64,000 bases of DNA from Mustelus asterias (Eukaryota). How positions within the stretch are numbered: the first letter of the stretch is position 1; the number at the start of each line of letters is the position of its first letter. The notes under the pieces were generated by a model. The model was given only the letters and a program-made list of their open reading frames with translations. It was not told where the DNA came from and did no database searches. The stretch is taken from positions 124,001 to 188,000 of the forward strand of contig NW_027590501.1 in the NCBI RefSeq assembly GCF_964213995.1, given 5' to 3'. A program made the translations under genes and the position numbers. Shown one piece after another: positions 61,568-64,000 of this stretch.

Positions 61568-61867
61568 TTTATTTACTAGTGTGACAAACAGGCTTACATT
61601 AACACTGCAATGAAGTTACTGTGAAAGTCCTTTAGTTGCCACAACCCAGCGCCTGTTTGGGGAGACTGAGGGAGAATTTAGCATGGCCAATGTGCCTTAC
61701 CAGCACGTCCTTTGGACTATGGGAGGAAACCGGAGCACCTGGATGAAACCCACGCAGACACGGGGAGAACATGCAGACTCTGCACAGACAGTCACCCAAG
61801 CCGGGAACTGGCCATGGGTCCCTGGTGCCGTGAGGCAGCAGTGCTAACCACTGTGCCACCGTGCCGC
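61568..61867 (-). mobile_element. V-SINE with alternative tail
   Basis: Same structure as 11692. Confidence 0.82.
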
Positions 61868-62489
61868 ACTAAGATACTATATTGCACTGCACATAAATAA
61901 AATAAACACCTGATCAAAAAGGACTAGGAAAAAGTATAAACTTATAAATCTCAACTCCTTTTCACAAATACAGATCAAATACTTCATCATTCCCATTTCC
62001 CAGTCACATAATTTTCTAATTATTGTGATTATTCAAATAGTATTTCTATTAAACTCATAGATAATACCATTATTTAATTCCATGACTTTATATAAACTAA
62101 CATTTGAAGCTTATACATTGTTTTAAAGCTGTATTTACACATATTTTCAAATCTTCACCCAAAGCATTCCAAAGATTCATCCACAAACTGAAATATACAC
62201 AGACTTCAAAGTTGTACAAACATAACATTTTTTAAACTTGTTTTTTTCTATTTAATTCATGATCATCATCCCTTAAAGTCAACAGTTTCTTTGCAAATTT
62301 TCAGGCAAAGATTCATTTTTTGCTTCATCCAAAATCATTGCAGTTTTCAGTTCAACTGACTTCCTAAACTTTAAAACCTGGACATTTTATAAACAATTTG
62401 TTGCTAAGTTCTTGAAAATTCACTTTATTACTATTCATTTGGCTTTTTTCTGTAACATGTAGATCGGATTAATAAAGTTAAAGTTTGAT

Positions 62490-62786
62490 GTTTATTTATT
62501 AGTGTCACAAGTAGACTTACATTAACACTGAAATGAAGTTAATGAAAATCCCCCAGTCACCACACTCCGGCACCTGTTCAGCTACACTGAGGGAGAATTT
62601 AGCATGGCCAATGCACCTAACCAGCACGTCTTTCGGACAGTAGGAGGAAACCGGAGCACCCGGAGGAAATCCACGCAGGCGCAGGGAGAACGTGCTGACT
62701 CCACACAGTGACCCAAGCCAGGAATCAAACCTGGGTCCCTGGCACTGAGAGGCAGCACTGCTAACCACAGTGCCGCCATGTCGCCC
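62490..62786 (-). mobile_element. V-SINE with alternative tail
   Basis: Same structure as 11692. Confidence 0.82.
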
Positions 62787-62877
62787 AAATATTCATGCTT
62801 TATAACGTTTCCCCAAACCTCTGAAGAATCATTTCAAATGAACAATACAAAATATGCAATGACTGCAGATCCAATAT

Positions 62878-63215
62878 GGGCGGCACGGTAGCACAGTGGT
62901 TAGCACTGCTGCTTCACAGCTCCAGGGTCCCGGGTTCGATTCCCGGCTCGGGTCACTGTCTGTGTGGAGTTTGCACATTCTCCTCGTGTCTGCGTGGGTT
63001 TCCTCCCGGTGCTCCGGTTTCCTCCCACAGTCCAAAGATGTGCGGGTTAGGTTGATTGGCCATGCTAAAAATTGCCCCTTAGGGTCCTGAGATGTGTAGG
63101 TTTGAGGGATTAGCGGGTAAATATGTAGGGATATGGGGGTAGGGTCTGGGTGGAATTGTGGTCGGTGCAGACTCGATGGGCCGAATGGCCTCCTTCTGCA
63201 CTGTAGGGCTTCCAT
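62878..63215 (+). mobile_element. HE1-type V-SINE
   Basis: Near-consensus copy with CR1 tail. Confidence 0.9.
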
Positions 63216-63339
63216 TATAAATTTAGTTTTACTCAGAATTTCAATACTCTTTGATTATTTTGTTTTAATATATTGTATATGTGGTTCCCAACAAAATATA
63301 TGGTCTAGGAGAACACCCAGAACTATATTTCCATATTGG

Positions 63340-63695
63340 GGAGGCGATGGTGTAGTGGCAGTGTCACAGGACGAGTGGCCCAGAGACTCAGGGTAATGCT
63401 CTGGGGACCCAGGTTCGAATCCTATTGTGGCAACTGGTGAAATATAAATTAGATGAAAATCTGGGATTAAATGTCTAATGATGATTAGAAATTATTGTCG
63501 ATTGTCATAAATGCCCATCTGGTTTATTGATGTCCTTTAGGGAAGCAAATCTGCCAACCTTATCTGGTCTGACCAACATGTAACTCCAGATCCACAGCAA
63601 CATGGTTACCTTTAATTGCTCTCTCAGATCAAGGACAATTAGGAATGAGCAATAAATGCTGTCCCAGTGACACCCACATCCCATGAATAAATAAA
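63340..63695 (+). mobile_element. SacSINE1/DeuSINE-like element
   Basis: tRNA-like head (ggtgtagtgg...ggttcgaatcc), conserved core, gcaataaatgct tail. Confidence 0.65.
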
Positions 63696-63724
63696 TGTTG
63701 ACATTGTCTGTGGGGAGAGAATAG

Positions 63725-63762
63725 AGCCAACGTTTCGAGTCTAGATGACCCTTCATCAGAGG
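63725..63762 (-). ncRNA. Putative minimal hammerhead core in short Penelope-derived element
   Basis: CTGATGA-a-gggtc/atcta/gactc-GAAAC-GTT; stem I weak in this copy. Confidence 0.55.
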
Positions 63763-64000
63763 GGTCTGACCCCTCTTCTATTTTTGTAAATGTTGACATT
63801 GTTTATTATATTAACCAAGGGATTTACTTCACCAAATAACATAAACTTCGTTCCACTCAGAGTCGGTCACAATTCATTTTTGACAAACAATATTTTTATT
63901 TTCTCCAATTCAGCACTAACAATTTCAATAAGCTCTTGAAGATCCCACCCAGAATAAAACATATTGGCATCATCTGCAAACAAAACTAATTGTAATAACT

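Noticed and set aside
61870-64000. AT-rich stretches with LFADDA on the minus strand near 63970
   Set aside because: Probably old L1/Tx1 debris, too degraded to delimit

Overview
Vertebrate, almost certainly elasmobranch (shark) genomic DNA; the species assignment is inferred from HE1-type V-SINEs, SacSINE1-like SINEs and CR1/HER1-type LINEs. The window is a cluster of about 11 C2H2 zinc-finger (ZNF) genes and pseudogenes. No KRAB or other effector domain is visible. Most finger arrays start at MEKPWKC within one terminal exon. Several genes sit head-to-head around GC-rich promoters that are partly palindromic. The main highlight is a very young, pol-less 6.55 kb endogenous retrovirus (ERV) at 36904-43452 on the minus strand. 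It has two 827 bp LTRs with no difference spotted by eye, an ATAT target-site duplication (TSD), a bulged tRNA-Ser primer-binding site (PBS), and an env gene split at a slippery T-TTA-AAA site. It is inserted in sense orientation inside a ZNF exon. Other observations: an older related ERV remnant; Penelope-like elements with minimal hammerhead-ribozyme cores, including a perfect 123 bp-arm palindrome inside a ZNF promoter; a Penelope/U2-snRNA chimera; a Tx1 3' end fused to a ZNF first exon; and ZNF 5' leaders built from in-frame fossil fingers sharing one stop codon. Repeat boundaries were read by eye and are approximate unless a TSD is given. No database searches were run.
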